A stretch of 58,589 nt of DNA, filler included, from Dirinaria sp. TL-2023a (Eukaryota): the NCBI GenBank assembly GCA_051941275.1. It is 4 parts of 4 records of this genome, joined end to end, with 100 filler letters (N's around TTAATTAATTAA, not from the genome) between each part and the next. Parts side by side here need not be neighbours in the genome. Positions count along the whole stretch, not along the records: positions 29,385 to 43,943 come from JAVEBF010000597.1; positions 44,044 to 58,589 come from JAVEBF010000598.1; 2 more parts are not named here. One strand, written 5' to 3'. The notes below the pieces were generated by a model. It worked only from the letters and a program-made list of their open reading frames with translations. It was not told where the DNA came from and did no database searches. Position numbers and translations under genes: made by a program. Shown here in pieces: positions 35,922 to 48,522 of the stretch; the stretch's first letter is position 1, and each line of letters starts with the position of its first letter.

Positions 35922-38791
35922 ATGTCGCAGGAAACGGAGCCATCACTATCCGAATACGCACGGTTTCACGGACTAAGCATTTACCATCTAGATTACAATC
36001 CCCTATCTGGCCTATCCAAGGAGAGCATTCTACAAAGTCACTTAAAAGATCCAGATCGTTGTTTTAAAATAGACAGCTCTCTGGACGTAAACTTAGAAGA
36101 GAGACTACAGTTTGGCGAAGATGAAGCCCTGGTGCTGGCCTCACTCGCAGAAAACCCACGGAAAATCTTCGCCTTTGACCAAGATCTAGAGATTGATACT
36201 CATCGAGTCAGAAATATGAAGGTGGAAGTCCCTATGCTCACAACAGATCACGAGATTGATATGCTACACTTTGCATCCCCCCTCGTGCCTGATTTGGCTC
36301 ATGAGCATCTTCCGTTTGAAAGTGTAGACGACGAGGCTGATCAGGGTCTGTTTTGGCCATCGCAATTGTACAGATTACCAGATGAGTATATGACCGAGGC
36401 AGAGAAGGAGCAGCTCGAAATCTCCAAGGACGATCTGATGTCCATGCATGAAACACTTCACTCGAAGGCCAACGAAGAAGAAGGTCTAGTCTTCGACCCA
36501 GGAGACACAACTTACAAACGGGTATGTACTTGTTCCTATCATAAATGCTTTACTATTCTCAGTTCGGTCCTTAGCATATACCGATGGAGCCTTTAACACC
36601 ACCGCTTCTGCCACTGTCGCCAATATATCTCCCTTATGAACCATCCTCTGATACTGGCCATCTTGAGATTTTATCGAATCCTTCTAGCCCTACACTTAAA
36701 GAGCTTAATGATATCGAAAGACGGGTTTTTAGAGAGGACATAAATACAAAAAATGAACATGATCTGGTGACTACCGCCAAAGCGGCGGAAGCAGTGCTCA
36801 CCGATTATGAGAACATCGGTGAAATCTACTCCCCACTCAAAGGCATTGAGGAACCGCCATCGTCCCCACCAATACGAAAGCCACCACATCGGGACTCGAA
36901 AGTTGAAGTTCCAATGACACCTCCTCATTCAGACCTCCCACCTCCTTGGAATCGTAAAAGCGCCTCGTTCAAGGACGCGTTGCATGAAGTTATTCATAAG
37001 ATGCCGTCGCCACTACCGAAGCCCAAAGGCCCATCATCTGAGGGCATAGATGAGTTCGTTGCTAGCTCTATTGCGCCTGTCGCAGCCCAAACGGAGCGCA
37101 GCATAGAGCAAGAGCAGCTACAGGAGGCTGATACTACTCACAGGGTAGCAGTCCCTGTTATGGACTTCTCTTTGCCTATCGCTCCATGGAAGGTCTCTTT
37201 AGGTAGCGCTCCTCTTAAGCAAAGCCAGGTGATCAGGCCAAACTTAGTAGAATTGAAGCATTCGCAATTACTCAAACACTGTTGGCCAAAGAGTGGCAGC
37301 ACCGGTACCTCATTGCAGTGGATGCCGTTCCCGGCAGCTCTTGGCCGTGTCGAGACTTACGAGAGTATCACAGACGACCAAGTACTCGACGATTTCTTAT
37401 CTCAGCCGGAATGCGTCGACGGTAATACGCTTACATGGAAGCGAGAAGGCCTACGAATCTTTGATAGTCCTGAAGATGAGGAAGATGAGGAAATGCCGGA
37501 AGGCGTTTTCCCAAGCGAGACGGACATAGGATCCTTGCTGCATAAAAGGCGGCTTGAACTCGAGCAACTCAATGATTTGGATAAGCAGGATGGATCTGAC
37601 AGTGACCCATACGAACCGCTGGGGAAACCTGTGAATCATGAAGCGTTCCGCAAGGTCCCCAGATTGTCGCCGCGGGTTACCTCCTCCAAAGCAGAAGCGA
37701 CGACGAGTGAGGAGCCGCAAATAAAGGGCACAGAGAAACAATCTGATGTTTTCTCTGCAAGAGAATCGTTGGAAAACTTCATGAGCATTCGCAATCAGGG
37801 TGCCAAAAGGTCTGGGCTCACCGCACGGAAATATTTCCCAGTCAAACAGAATGAACTCCAAACAAATACAGAAACCATGAAAGAGGAGCCTAAAGTACCG
37901 GCAAAGCATCTAGAGGCGACTCCTTCGTTGGGGATATCAGCTGTGGCCACCCCAGAATTCGATGTTCCTCATGAATCCACGCCATTCGTGGTGTCCACGT
38001 CATTCCTTCTCCACCGCAAGCTTGCGCAGCAGGTGCAGCGGCTCTACCCTTCCGCCGAGTTCATAGAAAGAGATTTTTCCTTACATTCGGCTCAGAGTGA
38101 AAAGGGAACAGGAAAGGTTGACGAATCTGCGTCTAATGCAGTCACAATGAGAGATGAGGCTGACATCATAGTCTCACCCAGTACTGGCTTAGTCTTGACA
38201 ACTCTGCAGAAAATCAAGCAGCGAGCGCTACCAGGACAGGCTTCTAAGGCAGCGATTCGGGAACGCATTGAGCGGATAGCTATGCGCTACGAAAGGCTTG
38301 TGGTGCTCGTGAGTAGCAACAGTATGGAAGAATTGCAAAGTGATACATTCAGTCCCGTTGTCAGAATCCTAGATGAGAAAGATTGCGAGGCGCTTGTGGA
38401 CTTTAACGCTTTTTGCTTAGGTATACATGAAGAAATTCAGGTCATCTTCACTGCTGGGGACGCAGAAACGCTGGCAAAATGGATAGTTGGGCTCATGATC
38501 AAGCACGGCTACGCCAATGGGCAAATGAAGCTATTGCAGGAAGAGACATTGTGGGAAATTTTTCTCCGCCGAGCCGGCTTTAATGCCTTTGCCGCTCAGG
38601 CCATACTCGCGGAGCTCAAGGGGCCTGACACGAGCAATTTTGAGAAGGAATCTCGAGACTCTGCAGCGTACTTTGGACTCGCTGCCTTTATTCGGATGTC
38701 GTTGCAGGAAAGGGCACACAGGTTCGAGCGTTTGCTAGGTGGTCGGAATCTCATAGAAAGCGTAAGCACAGTCTTGGATGCTCAATGGTAG
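35922..38791 (+). CDS. Large protein with C-terminal XPF/ERCC4-like and HhH-like region; candidate meiotic Zip2/SHOC1 homologue; exons 35922-36521, 36575-38791
   Basis: Intron 36522-36574 (GTATGT...TTAG) fuses two ORFs in frame (about 940 aa). The C-terminus has FIERDF...EADIIVSP...RYERLVVLVS and ETLWEIFLRRAGFNAFAAQAIL. The gene is well supported; the family call is from motif recall. Confidence 0.7.
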
Positions 38792-39091
38792 GACAATTTA
38801 GAAACGCCGGGCATCATCATGACTATTCCCTGTGCATATATCTATTGCCGAGAGTCATGGACGCAGAGACCTTTTCCAACAAGATGTTGATCCAACCATG
38901 GGCAGCTAGCCTGATCGGGCAAGAGCACCGCATACCTAAGATGGAACTCCACCCGCCAAGCTCTTCAATAATGACTTTGTTTCTGGCATATTGCCCCGGG
39001 ATCATGGAACTTTCATGTCGCTCAAGTGGAAAGCTTGAAGGCATTCCGTTTTGTTCGTCTACCGCAGTTGACTGAGAATGTGCTAGCGAGG

Positions 39092-40617
39092 ATGGTCACA
39101 TATCGCCCATGCCTTGTCGGGTCCACTGCGGACTTGAATAAGCATTCCGCCAACGAGGCTCTGAATAATGAAGTATCAAGTTATACAGGCTCTGCCGTCG
39201 ATTCGTCTCCAAATGGTCCATCCTTCATTGGGCAAGGACATAATTTTTTCAAGAGCGCTCAATGGCAAGCCTCACGTGGCCCACCGCCTGACCTGGACAT
39301 GAGTGGCTGACTCGATCTTAGGTCTCCAGATGGTACCACGATTCTCGCATCTTCTGCCGACAATAATTTAAGATCTTACATCCTGTGAATACACACCCAG
39401 AGTTCCTCAAGGTAGATACGACTAACACCATACCCTAAGCTAGACCGACAGATCTCCTTACCAGTACGGAGCCTCATGACCTGCAACCCTACAGGACCCA
39501 CGTACTTCCAGAACCAGCATATGCCACCGCTTTCTATCCGCAGTATTCGCTCCATGAGTCTTCAACTACGCTCTTCCTCACGTCCCTGCGTCAACTACCG
39601 ATACGACTATATTCGCCTTTCGCACCCACTAAAGTGGCTTCATACCCTCTGGTATCTCCGACGACCGAAGCCTTCATCGCGCCACATTCACTCGAGTTCT
39701 CACTGGAAAATCCAAATCATCTCTATACCGGCAGCGAAAGCTGTATCAGTACCTTCGACATCCAGAGAGACGGTGAAGGGCCATTTGAGAGGAGATACAC
39801 TACGCCTTCTCGACGAGGAACGGCTGATGGGCGTGTAGGCATGAAAGGTATTGTAAGCGCGCTTGCTGGCAACGCAGATCGCATCCTAGCGGCAGGGACG
39901 TTCACGCGATGGATAGGGCTGTGCGACGCACGTGGTGGTGTCGGAGATATTCCTGCGGTCTTCCCACTAGATGGAGATAAGAAGCGCCCCGAGGGAGGCG
40001 TCGGCCAGGGTACAGGTATTACGCAGCTTCTCTGGAGCAGCTGTGCCCGCTACCTTTGCGTTACTGAACGGAACAGTGACGGAATTGGTGTCTGGGATAT
40101 CAGAGGATCCGGGCAGCGTCTGGCGTGGTTAAAAGGAAGAAAGGCTTTGACTCCGCAGAGATTAGGTGTAGAAGTCGTGGGTGGAGAGGTCTGGGCTGGA
40201 GGAACGGATGGAAAGATCAGGGCCTGGGAACAGCTAGGAGCGAGCGAAGGCATAATAGAGCCAGGGTGGGAATTTCATGCTCATGAAGGTATGTCAATCT
40301 TTCGAGAAATTTAGCCGTGGACGATTTCATGCTGATATGCACTGTCAGATGCTGTTTGTGCCAGTACGTTTCACTACTCGGGCGCCGTGCTAGCGACAGC
40401 GAGTGGGCAGAAACATTTCGATACTAGCTCATCCTCTAGAGCGAGGACAGGTGCGGAACAAAACGAGGACAAGTTGTCATGCGAAACGAGTACGCCAAGC
40501 GGAACAGGTTCATCAAATGAGGAAACGCTGTCAAAAAACAGGACGGTTTTGACGAACAGTACTTCGCCTCGTATATCTGGGAACTGGGATAGCAGCTTGA
40601 AATTGTGGAATCTGTAA
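39092..40617 (+). CDS. SWT21: WD40 protein Swt21/TCAB1(WRAP53); exons 39092-39264, 39322-39384, 39444-40288, 40349-40617
   Basis: The spliced product reads NFFKSAQWSPDGTTILASSADN...ASYPLVSPTTEAFIAPHSL...TPQRLG...VLATASGQ. The first intron needs a GC donor. Confidence 0.85.
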
Positions 40618-41067
40618 GACTACACACATCATGCCAAGAAGCGAATTATGTTGCACAATGAATAAGGGTTTCCAGAATAATTTAGCTTTCTTTAGGAGGC
40701 TGTTGAAAATTTAAAAGACACCGGCTCTTGATATCTGGCAGCAGTAGCTCTAAGCACAAATATTTGCGAAAAGACAGCCAGAGGTCTGCAATGGCGTGGT
40801 ATGCCAATATATGTTTAAGATTACCAATTACCGCAGTATCTCTTTCTTTGCAAGTGACCGAAATTCTCATGGCCCTTGACTAAGATATCTGAAGCAATCA
40901 GCCGAGCCAGCGCATGGCGCGCTTCTCGGACACTGCCGTCTTGGCGCTCTAGAAATTTCCTAAAGAAGTTCTCCAAGCAGCTTCAAGGTCTCAATTGATC
41001 TCGCAAGACAACGTATCTACCGATCAATTTGCATTCACTAAGCTCCCGCATCTACCTACTTTTCAAA

Positions 41068-41562
41068 ATGGTAAACATGATCGATTTTTCCATCCGACCG
41101 TTGCGCTAACAGCTCGTAGTCCACCGCCCTCAAGTCCATCAAATCTCTGGCACCACTACTCGATCGCGTCCTTGTTCAGAGAGTCAAGGCCGAAGCGAAA
41201 ACCAAAGGCGGCCTTTTTCTCCCGGAAAGCAGTGTGAAGGAGCTCAACGAGGCGACCGTGTTAGCCGTTGGCCCGGGCGGACTCGATAAGGAGGGCAAGA
41301 GAGTCACACCGAGTGTTGCACCGGGTGACAAAGTCCTGATACCTCAGGTATGTCGACGTATTCTCTAGACGAAAGCCTCTGCCAGTAAAAGGATATTGGC
41401 TAATTAAGAGGATTGCAGTATGGAGGAAGCCCAGTCGTGGTGCAAGAAGAAGAGTACACGCTATTCAGGGACCATGAGTAAGTCTTCGATACCTGCCACG
41501 TTGGAAACGAGGCGCGTGAGACTGACATGAACAACAGGCTTCTAGCCAAGATCAAAGAATAG
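41068..41562 (+). CDS. HSP10: Mitochondrial co-chaperonin Hsp10 (GroES); exons 41068-41070, 41120-41347, 41419-41477, 41538-41562
   Basis: Absent from the ORF track. Manual splicing gives M|STALKSIKSLAPLLDRVLVQRVKAEAKTKGGLFLPE...VLAVGPG...GDKVLIPQ|YGGSPV...YTLFRDHE|LLAKIKE*. All three introns are GT-AG with branch points. Confidence 0.95.
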
Positions 41563-42285
41563 CGCAGTTTGCTCGCTGTGCGCCTGTACCAAGATTCCCT
41601 GTACCTCTACCATCCTTCGATTTAGCAAGCACGGTGGAGGAGTTGTCCTGACTGCATAAAAAAGCGGTGCATCTACAAGAATGTAATTATTATTGTGATT
41701 AATACATCTCCTCTCTCCATCAGTGCGCTTATGGACTTGAATCCGGGTCCTTTCGCGGCCATGCTGTCGGATGCCGGTTCGCGTTGCGTTACCTTCCAAC
41801 CTCAACCTCTACGAGAGGTCAATGTTGTTGGGGACTCTTATTCTCGAAGGGAATTTACATCGTCATGTCAAAGCTGTCGTAGCAGGTATTCCAATATAAA
41901 TTGTGCGTTGCCAGCAGTTCTCCATCTTCACTCCATCTTTTCACCCAATACAATCTCAAGGCAATCTGCAATCTCGAATGTCTGTTCTGTGGGCTCATCG
42001 ACTCTCTGCTCTAAGACGCGCAGACTTGATAGTAGCTCTGTCCCAGCTACTGATTCTAATTCTTCTTTGATCAATCACGTGATTTGAGATCATTACATCA
42101 GCGCCAAGCCCTCTGAGCCTCCCAACATCGAAGCGTCGCATACTCCAAAGGCGACACAATCTCACTCCGCAACCACGTTTTTGCATTACTCCAATTTCCT
42201 AATAACCCTACTTGATTCCGTCGGAGGTAGATTGTACCGCGGACATTCATCCAGCTCCTCAGTCCCTCCGAGAGGTACCACCGCA

Positions 42286-43165
42286 ATGGGGTCCTCTTCA
42301 TCGACCACGCCTCTACTCTAGTATCTCTTCTCTACCCTCAGTCCAACATCCTCAAAAACTAACATATCTAACCAGCTCCTGCATCGCCTACCGCACCACC
42401 ATCCTCACAGAACACACCACCTCAGCCGCCTCCCAAACATCCTCTCTCGCCTCCCTAATTCTGCCCAAAATCTCGCACAAAACGCCTCAAAAACTAACCT
42501 ACGAGCACAACCAAAACTTCATCCACTACATCGCCGACGCACCCTCCGACTACCCAGACGGCGATCCATCCGCCGGGGGGCTCACCTACCTCGTCGTCGC
42601 ATCCTCCAGTTTCGGGCGACGGATCCCATTCGGATACCTTGTGGAAATCAAAAAACAGTTTCACGCGCGGTATGACCCGTCAACGACGGACTTCGCGGAT
42701 CTGCCTCCCTACGGCGCGGCGGATTTCAATCCGCAGCTGAAGAGCCTGATGGTCGGGTACGGCACGACGCAGGCGGGGCAGCAGGACGCGATCACGAACG
42801 TGCAGCAGGACATCGATAACGTGAAGGGGATCATGACGGAGAACATCGAGCGGGTGCTGGAGAGGGGCGAGAGGATCGATTTGTTGGTCGATAAGACGGA
42901 TCGTCTTGGAGTAGGGGCGCATGATTTCCGCATGCGCAGCCGCGGCCTGAAGAGGCAGATGTGGTGGAAGAATATGAAGCTCATGGTCCTGCTGGGCGTC
43001 GTGGTTGTGTTTTTGATTTATTTGTTCGTCGGGTTTGGGTGTGGGTTGCCTGGTATGTTTTTTTTTTTTTTGTTTGCATCCACCTCATAATCATTCAGAT
43101 CCGTGGGAAAGATTTACTAACCGGTAGCAGGCTGGTCAAGATGCGTAGGCAAATCAAAGGATTAA
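42286..43165 (+). CDS. Longin R-SNARE (VAMP7/Nyv1-like synaptobrevin); exons 42286-42320, 42376-43052, 43131-43165
   Basis: MGSSSSTTPLLY|SCIAYRTTILTEH longin start, synaptobrevin IMTENIERVLERGERIDLLVDKTDRL, TM segment and GCGLP|GWSRCVG tail. Confidence 0.92.
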
Positions 43166-43255
43166 TAAATCGGCGATTGCATGAGAGAGAGAGAGGGGCG
43201 TAGGCGTCCATTTCAATGGCATCGGAACTTTGTATATATTCATTCTCAGAACCAT

Positions 43256-43277
43256 TACTGTACTGTACTGTACTGTA
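43256..43277. repeat. (TACTG)n microsatellite
   Basis: tactgtactgtactgtactgta in the 3' region of the SNARE gene. Confidence 0.8.
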
Positions 43278-43943
43278 TCTGATATCCTCACCACCCCCGC
43301 CACCCCCCTGGCATTCTCAATATCCTTATCCCTTCATCCTCAGTCCTTAGTCCTTGGTACCTGCGTTCAAAAACTCCCTTATCCCTAATATCTCTCATAT
43401 CAAGAATCCCACGGAAAATGTACCTACCCTACCCTTACCCCTGCGCTCCTCCCGACACAAGAATTTTTGAAGCAGGATTTTTAATTCTTTTCTAATCTGA
43501 GCATACCTACATGTAGCGTACTGATACTCGAACAAAAGGATAGTATATTCTATGTGAATGAATGATGGTGTTAAAAACGGCGGATATTGTATATTTGCCT
43601 GAAAATAAATTAATTAAGGGATCTTGGATAGCAGCCCCCCTTTTTATGTATCTTCAATTTTTTTTTTTTTTTTTTTTTTTTCCTTTTTTTCCCCTTTTTA
43701 GAAAAAAGAAAGACTTGAAAGTTGCGCGGTCACGCCAAGGGGAATTATTGGAATGTACAGCCGGGGATTTGAATTCGGATTGGATTGGGAAAATGTATGG
43801 TTGAGAGCTACTGTGGAGTGCAGAGTGGGATTTAGATCTTGCTGGGGGGAGAGGGAGAGGGGTGAGGTATGTGGGTATTTTATATTTCGTGTTTTTTTGG
43901 GGGGGGGGACGCCTTATTCGATTCTTTTCCGTGAAGTCTGGTG

Positions 43944-44043
43944 NNNNNNNNNNNNNNNNNNNNNNNNNNNNNNNNNNNNNNNNNNNNTTAATTAATTAAN
44001 NNNNNNNNNNNNNNNNNNNNNNNNNNNNNNNNNNNNNNNNNNN
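43944..44043. other. artificial contig spacer N44-TTAATTAATTAA-N44
   Basis: Third identical linker. Confidence 0.98.
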
Positions 44044-44044
44044 C

Positions 44045-44362
44045 TCGGATCAACTCAAGCTTGCCAAGCGAATCGAACGGCTCTTGTCTCCAGAACGTGG
44101 GTCTCTCATCCTTGGCCGCCAGATTGGTAGCAGTGTGCCTGGGGAATATAATGCTGTGGACAATAATGGAACACGCTTTTCGCATGACATTGCCTCCTTT
44201 CGCCGGCTCTGGGATCAGGTAGCGGAGGAAGTTGGGCAAGGGTGCAAGTTTCGGGTGGAAGCCACAATGGATGAAGAAGAGCTCGGAGAGAATAAGAGCC
44301 AGGGACAGCATTGGGCAGAGCCCAATATTAAGAGAATACGGTTTGGAGTATGGAGGGAGTAG
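44045..44362 (+). CDS. 3' fragment of a fungal SAM-dependent methyltransferase (AusD/Trt5-like C-terminus); 5' part is off-contig
   Basis: Open from the contig edge: DQLKLAKRIERLLSPERGSLILGRQIG...FSHDIASFRRLWDQV...RIRFGVWRE*, matching the recalled C-terminal pattern of this family. Confidence 0.7.
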   Translation, partial: SDQLKLAKRIERLLSPERGSLILGRQIGSSVPGEYNAVDNNGTRFSHDIASFRRLWDQVAEEVGQGCKFRVEATMDEEELGENKSQGQHWAEPNIKRIRFGVWRE

Positions 44363-44564
44363 CCACCTCACCCGCTGGTTGCTTACCTTTGTGTGTGGTT
44401 GGCGTGAGTGATCATCCCCAGGATCGGCAGGTATCAATCCCTAATCGTAGGGACGAGAAGCAAATGGTGAAGACCTAATTCTGTCGATTTAATGCATTTG
44501 CATTGACAGCTTATGCGCAGCCCAAGCTTACAAACGGGATATCCATCTTGTATGTTAGAAGATG

Positions 44565-45972
44565 CTATAATTTGCTTCTTATCCATGCCTCAACCGCTGC
44601 TGCAATCTCAATATTATTCTTCTCCAAAAATAGGAAATGAGCGTTTCCATGTATTCCAAAGGCAGGAAGATTTAAGAAATCCACCATTACACCTGCTTGC
44701 TGCAAATAACGAACCGTGCAATAGTCGTACACAGCGTGATAGCTAGCTTCGGACGTAACTACCATCTGCGGTATTCTTGCCAGGTTAGGCAGCTTTTTCG
44801 CCGGGGAGGCCTGCATGACACATTCGCTCAAGCCTGGCCCTGCGGGAGGAATTCTCTTGCGAGATAAGTCTGTAGCTGGATCTACCACGGGAGGACTGTA
44901 AGTAATGGGAATATTGGTGAGGCCATAAGGACGGGTAACAGCGGTACTATTTGTGCTGACGCGATCTTCAAACGGCGGACCTTGCGGCTCAAGACTGACG
45001 AGTGCCTTGACTAACGCGGGTCGTGCATCTGCGATGAGGAATCCGAGTGTCCCACCTTGGGAATGCGTGATGATGGTTGCAGGACCGATGCGGTCTAGTA
45101 AAGCAGCACCGGCACGTTGATTAATACTCTCCACAATGACCTGAGAGTTTTTTCAGCCCTACAGACAAAGGCACAGGTCAATAGTAAAAGAAGGGCAATG
45201 ACTGATTTTGCATACCGTGTTATTCTGGAATTGAACTTGAGAAGCATAGAATGCATCAAAAACAGGGTCGCCTTTTTCTCCGGTCTTGAAAATTTGTGAT
45301 AAGTTAGCTCTAATTCGATCCATCACAAGATCACACTAAACATTACCCCGGGCCATTGTGTGTGCAAGCGGGCCTGAGGCCACAGATCCGAATTCTGAAC
45401 TCTAGTGAAGCGCTTCGAAATAGTTTCTGCTGAAAGTGTGGCCAATGTGCCACTGCCAGGCATGTAAGCTGATCGACCGCGTTGCGGCTGATCGACCAAA
45501 AAAACCGTATACCGTCTCCGAAGGAACCATGAGGCCCATCCTTCCCTGCCATCAGGTGTGTTGAGCCAATTCTATATTCGCAGCGTCCAATCACTCAGCG
45601 CCAATTTAGTAAGGCGATACACTTGCCTGCATTCACGGTGAAATGGCTGCTAAACTTACAGTGCCGGTTTGTGCCTGGCCATGTATGAAAATAATAGCTT
45701 CTTGATGCTTCGCTCCGCCTTGTGGTACAAGCTTCTCGACATACATCTGATCCGTGAAAAGATGCATGCCTGTGCCATCCTGTTCAATCGGTCAGCCAGC
45801 ATAGGCATCTATCGGAGATGGATAGGCAAATCACATCGACGTATTCCCCGCCAACGTAAAAGTAGCTCCGTGTGGCCAAAGCTTCAGGACTACGATTTGG
45901 ATTCAAGGGAGAAGTGGCGAGTACGAATGCACGAGGCATCACGACCAGCAACGGCCACATGAGACCAATCAT
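44565..45972 (-). CDS. Probably secreted alpha/beta-hydrolase (esterase/lipase-like); exons 45972-45835, 45779-45660, 45571-45347, 45284-45216, 45140-44565
   Basis: Manual splicing gives a stop-free protein: hydrophobic leader, [75 protein letters not shown], nucleophile THSQGG and GIHGNAH. The start could be 45972 or 45960. Confidence 0.9.
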
Positions 45973-48522
45973 CTTAATAACTAACGACATCATGCTCGAC
46001 GGAGCTACCGTCCTGCGATTCTGTTGAGAATGGAACGACGAAAGAGCTCGTGGAGCGCTGGACTGCTCTGATGCGCCTATATGGAAGATGTGGGGATTAA
46101 ACCGCTCCACCAACGATCAAGAATCATAGCTGGTGTGGTGGGTGGAAATCTGCATTAGTGCAAAGCTAATGTAGTCGTACCTACATGTATGCAGTAATCT
46201 CGGTGATTGGTCATCAACAACTCTACCTGACAGTCGATTGTATATAGTAGTGTTACTTGTGAAGATGCTGGGATCTAATACTCTCTCGCCAAGTAGTCAT
46301 GATTGACTCGATAAAGAATGTTGCGTAACAGAGCGGTAAGACATTATTCGCAGTAAGAGCTCGCTTACTATACCATGTAATAGGCAGCGCGTTGACAGAA
46401 TTCATTCCCTACTATTGGAGAGTCGGGAATGAAAGTGCTCGGACTCGGCCAATGTCTTAGGGAGAGGTCGCAGACCAAGCCGCTTCATACGATGAAAGAA
46501 GATTATTAGATCGAGGCCTCCAAAATGCTGTCGCTAATACAGATCTTCCATTTGCGTGTCCAAGCCATCTGTGCCAAGGTTTTTCTCTTTTGATCTTCGA
46601 GTAATGTAATCAGAATATTTCTCCAAATAATCCGAGTCTAGATTGTAGCTTACTGTATTTGCGCACGTAGAAAGCAGTTTCGGAACTGCTTTCTACTGTG
46701 GACAAAGTGGAGGGGAGGAAGGGTAAGTTTAACCGAGAAGCGCCTCATCAAACTTGTGGTAGGGACTGGGGCATAGCTGAAGCTCTTCCATGACGGATCA
46801 TCAACACTGTTTCACCTTCAAAGCTTCCGGTATCATCCATCATATAACTTTCTAATAATCAGATGAGGCTTATATTATAGCAATTGCAGTGGATTAATCG
46901 AGGAGCAGAACACATGCTTGTCAACGATGAGGAAGCCAATGCGCTTATCAAGGCAAAACATTCTGCGCACTACCCAATTCTCTTCGAAATCACTAGGCGT
47001 ATATCATTCTACTCTGCTCTTACATCATCATTAGTTTGCTTCACATCATGAGACGAGGCTTCAGCTCTCTCATCTGTTCCCAGCATCGTGATCTGGGATG
47101 TATTCTATGAGTCAGCGGTATACTCCGCAGTATTTTATATGAGTCAGGGACATCTTCAGCAGTGGTCCAAGTCGGAATTCGAGCCGCAATATTCCATTCA
47201 CTCTTGGACTCGCTCGCCATACTGAAATGAATATGGTTCTCATCATCTTCGAAGAAGAACGAGAAACAAGCGTAAAAATCGGCCTTAATCTGGACGCTTC
47301 TCACGATCTACGATGACAACTCAAATGACTACCTGACTAGAGTCCCTTCCCATTCCCATTACATTGAAAATGCAACAACTTTATTATTTTCCGAACTTCA
47401 ATGCAACACTCTTCGACTTTCGCTAGACAGTAAAATATCATCGGATCAGGAACTATATTTTCACACACTCCAGCTCTCTCGTCATCATCATCTCCTTTCG
47501 ATAAAATGATATTTAAGAGCCTTGTTTTTCTATGACTGAGAAGAAGCCTTGCACCAAAAGTTGAACTTATAAGACATCATCTTTCCAAGACCATATCAGC
47601 GCGCTAGAGATATTTCCTCGTCAAAGTTGTTTCTGACAGTAAGGGAACGATATCTCGCCTCCATTGCGCCAGACTTTATTCATCGTTGAATTCCTACGTC
47701 GGGCGCTTTTCTGACCACGAAGCGTTCAAGTTCGGAGATGTCTTCGTCCACGCTTTCCGCGAGATTCAGTACATTATTCACTCCTTTGATACCTGGAGAC
47801 AAAACTTTATAACACCTCAGAGTGCTGCAGCTTTGAGATCAGGCTTTGGGAAGAATTTAATGATCCACTCGTACATTTAGTGCTAAGTTCTTTGCGGAGT
47901 CTTCATCTTCATTTTCTTCCTCTTGGAAGTCTCGTTGACGTGATTGATCATTCACCTCAATGAAATTGTTGAAGAAGATCAGAAAAATCAGATTGAAAAA
48001 CGCTCGAAATGCGCGATTGCTCCATGCTTGACATTATATATATACCGTTCGACACTAGACATTTATCTCAGCTTTCTCCACTGCTAGGCAAACCCTCCAT
48101 CGTGTCCGTTTCAAATCAAATAGTACCTGCAAATCTACGACAAATACATGCTCCATTCCTAGATCATCATGACGAAGATATCTAGGCGCCCAGCTAAGTC
48201 TAAGTCGAAGGCGAAAGTTCACTGCGGAGATCACGAATTAGAGTGCAAAGTTTGCCATGACACTGGCGATTAGGAACTTGCAACGTCCCTTTAAGAAGTA
48301 AGATTTTTTTCTTGCTAGGTTAATCGAGACTATTAGGTTGATCTTCAGAGAATGAAGATACTTCAGTAAGTAACGTTATCGTTTCTTCGAGCTGCGAGAT
48401 GGCAGTACTCGTACGTTCATTTCCAGATCAAGCATCAATGTATATCAAGCGGGATATCCCTGATGGATGATACGATAAATTTGAATTGAGGAATTCTCCC
48501 TTCTCAGTGCAATTGCATCTGA

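Noticed and set aside
46638..46696. Hairpin plus CTAG as a Helitron 3' end
   Set aside because: Spacing of about 25 nt and the flanking base do not fit, and no Rep/Hel motifs were seen.
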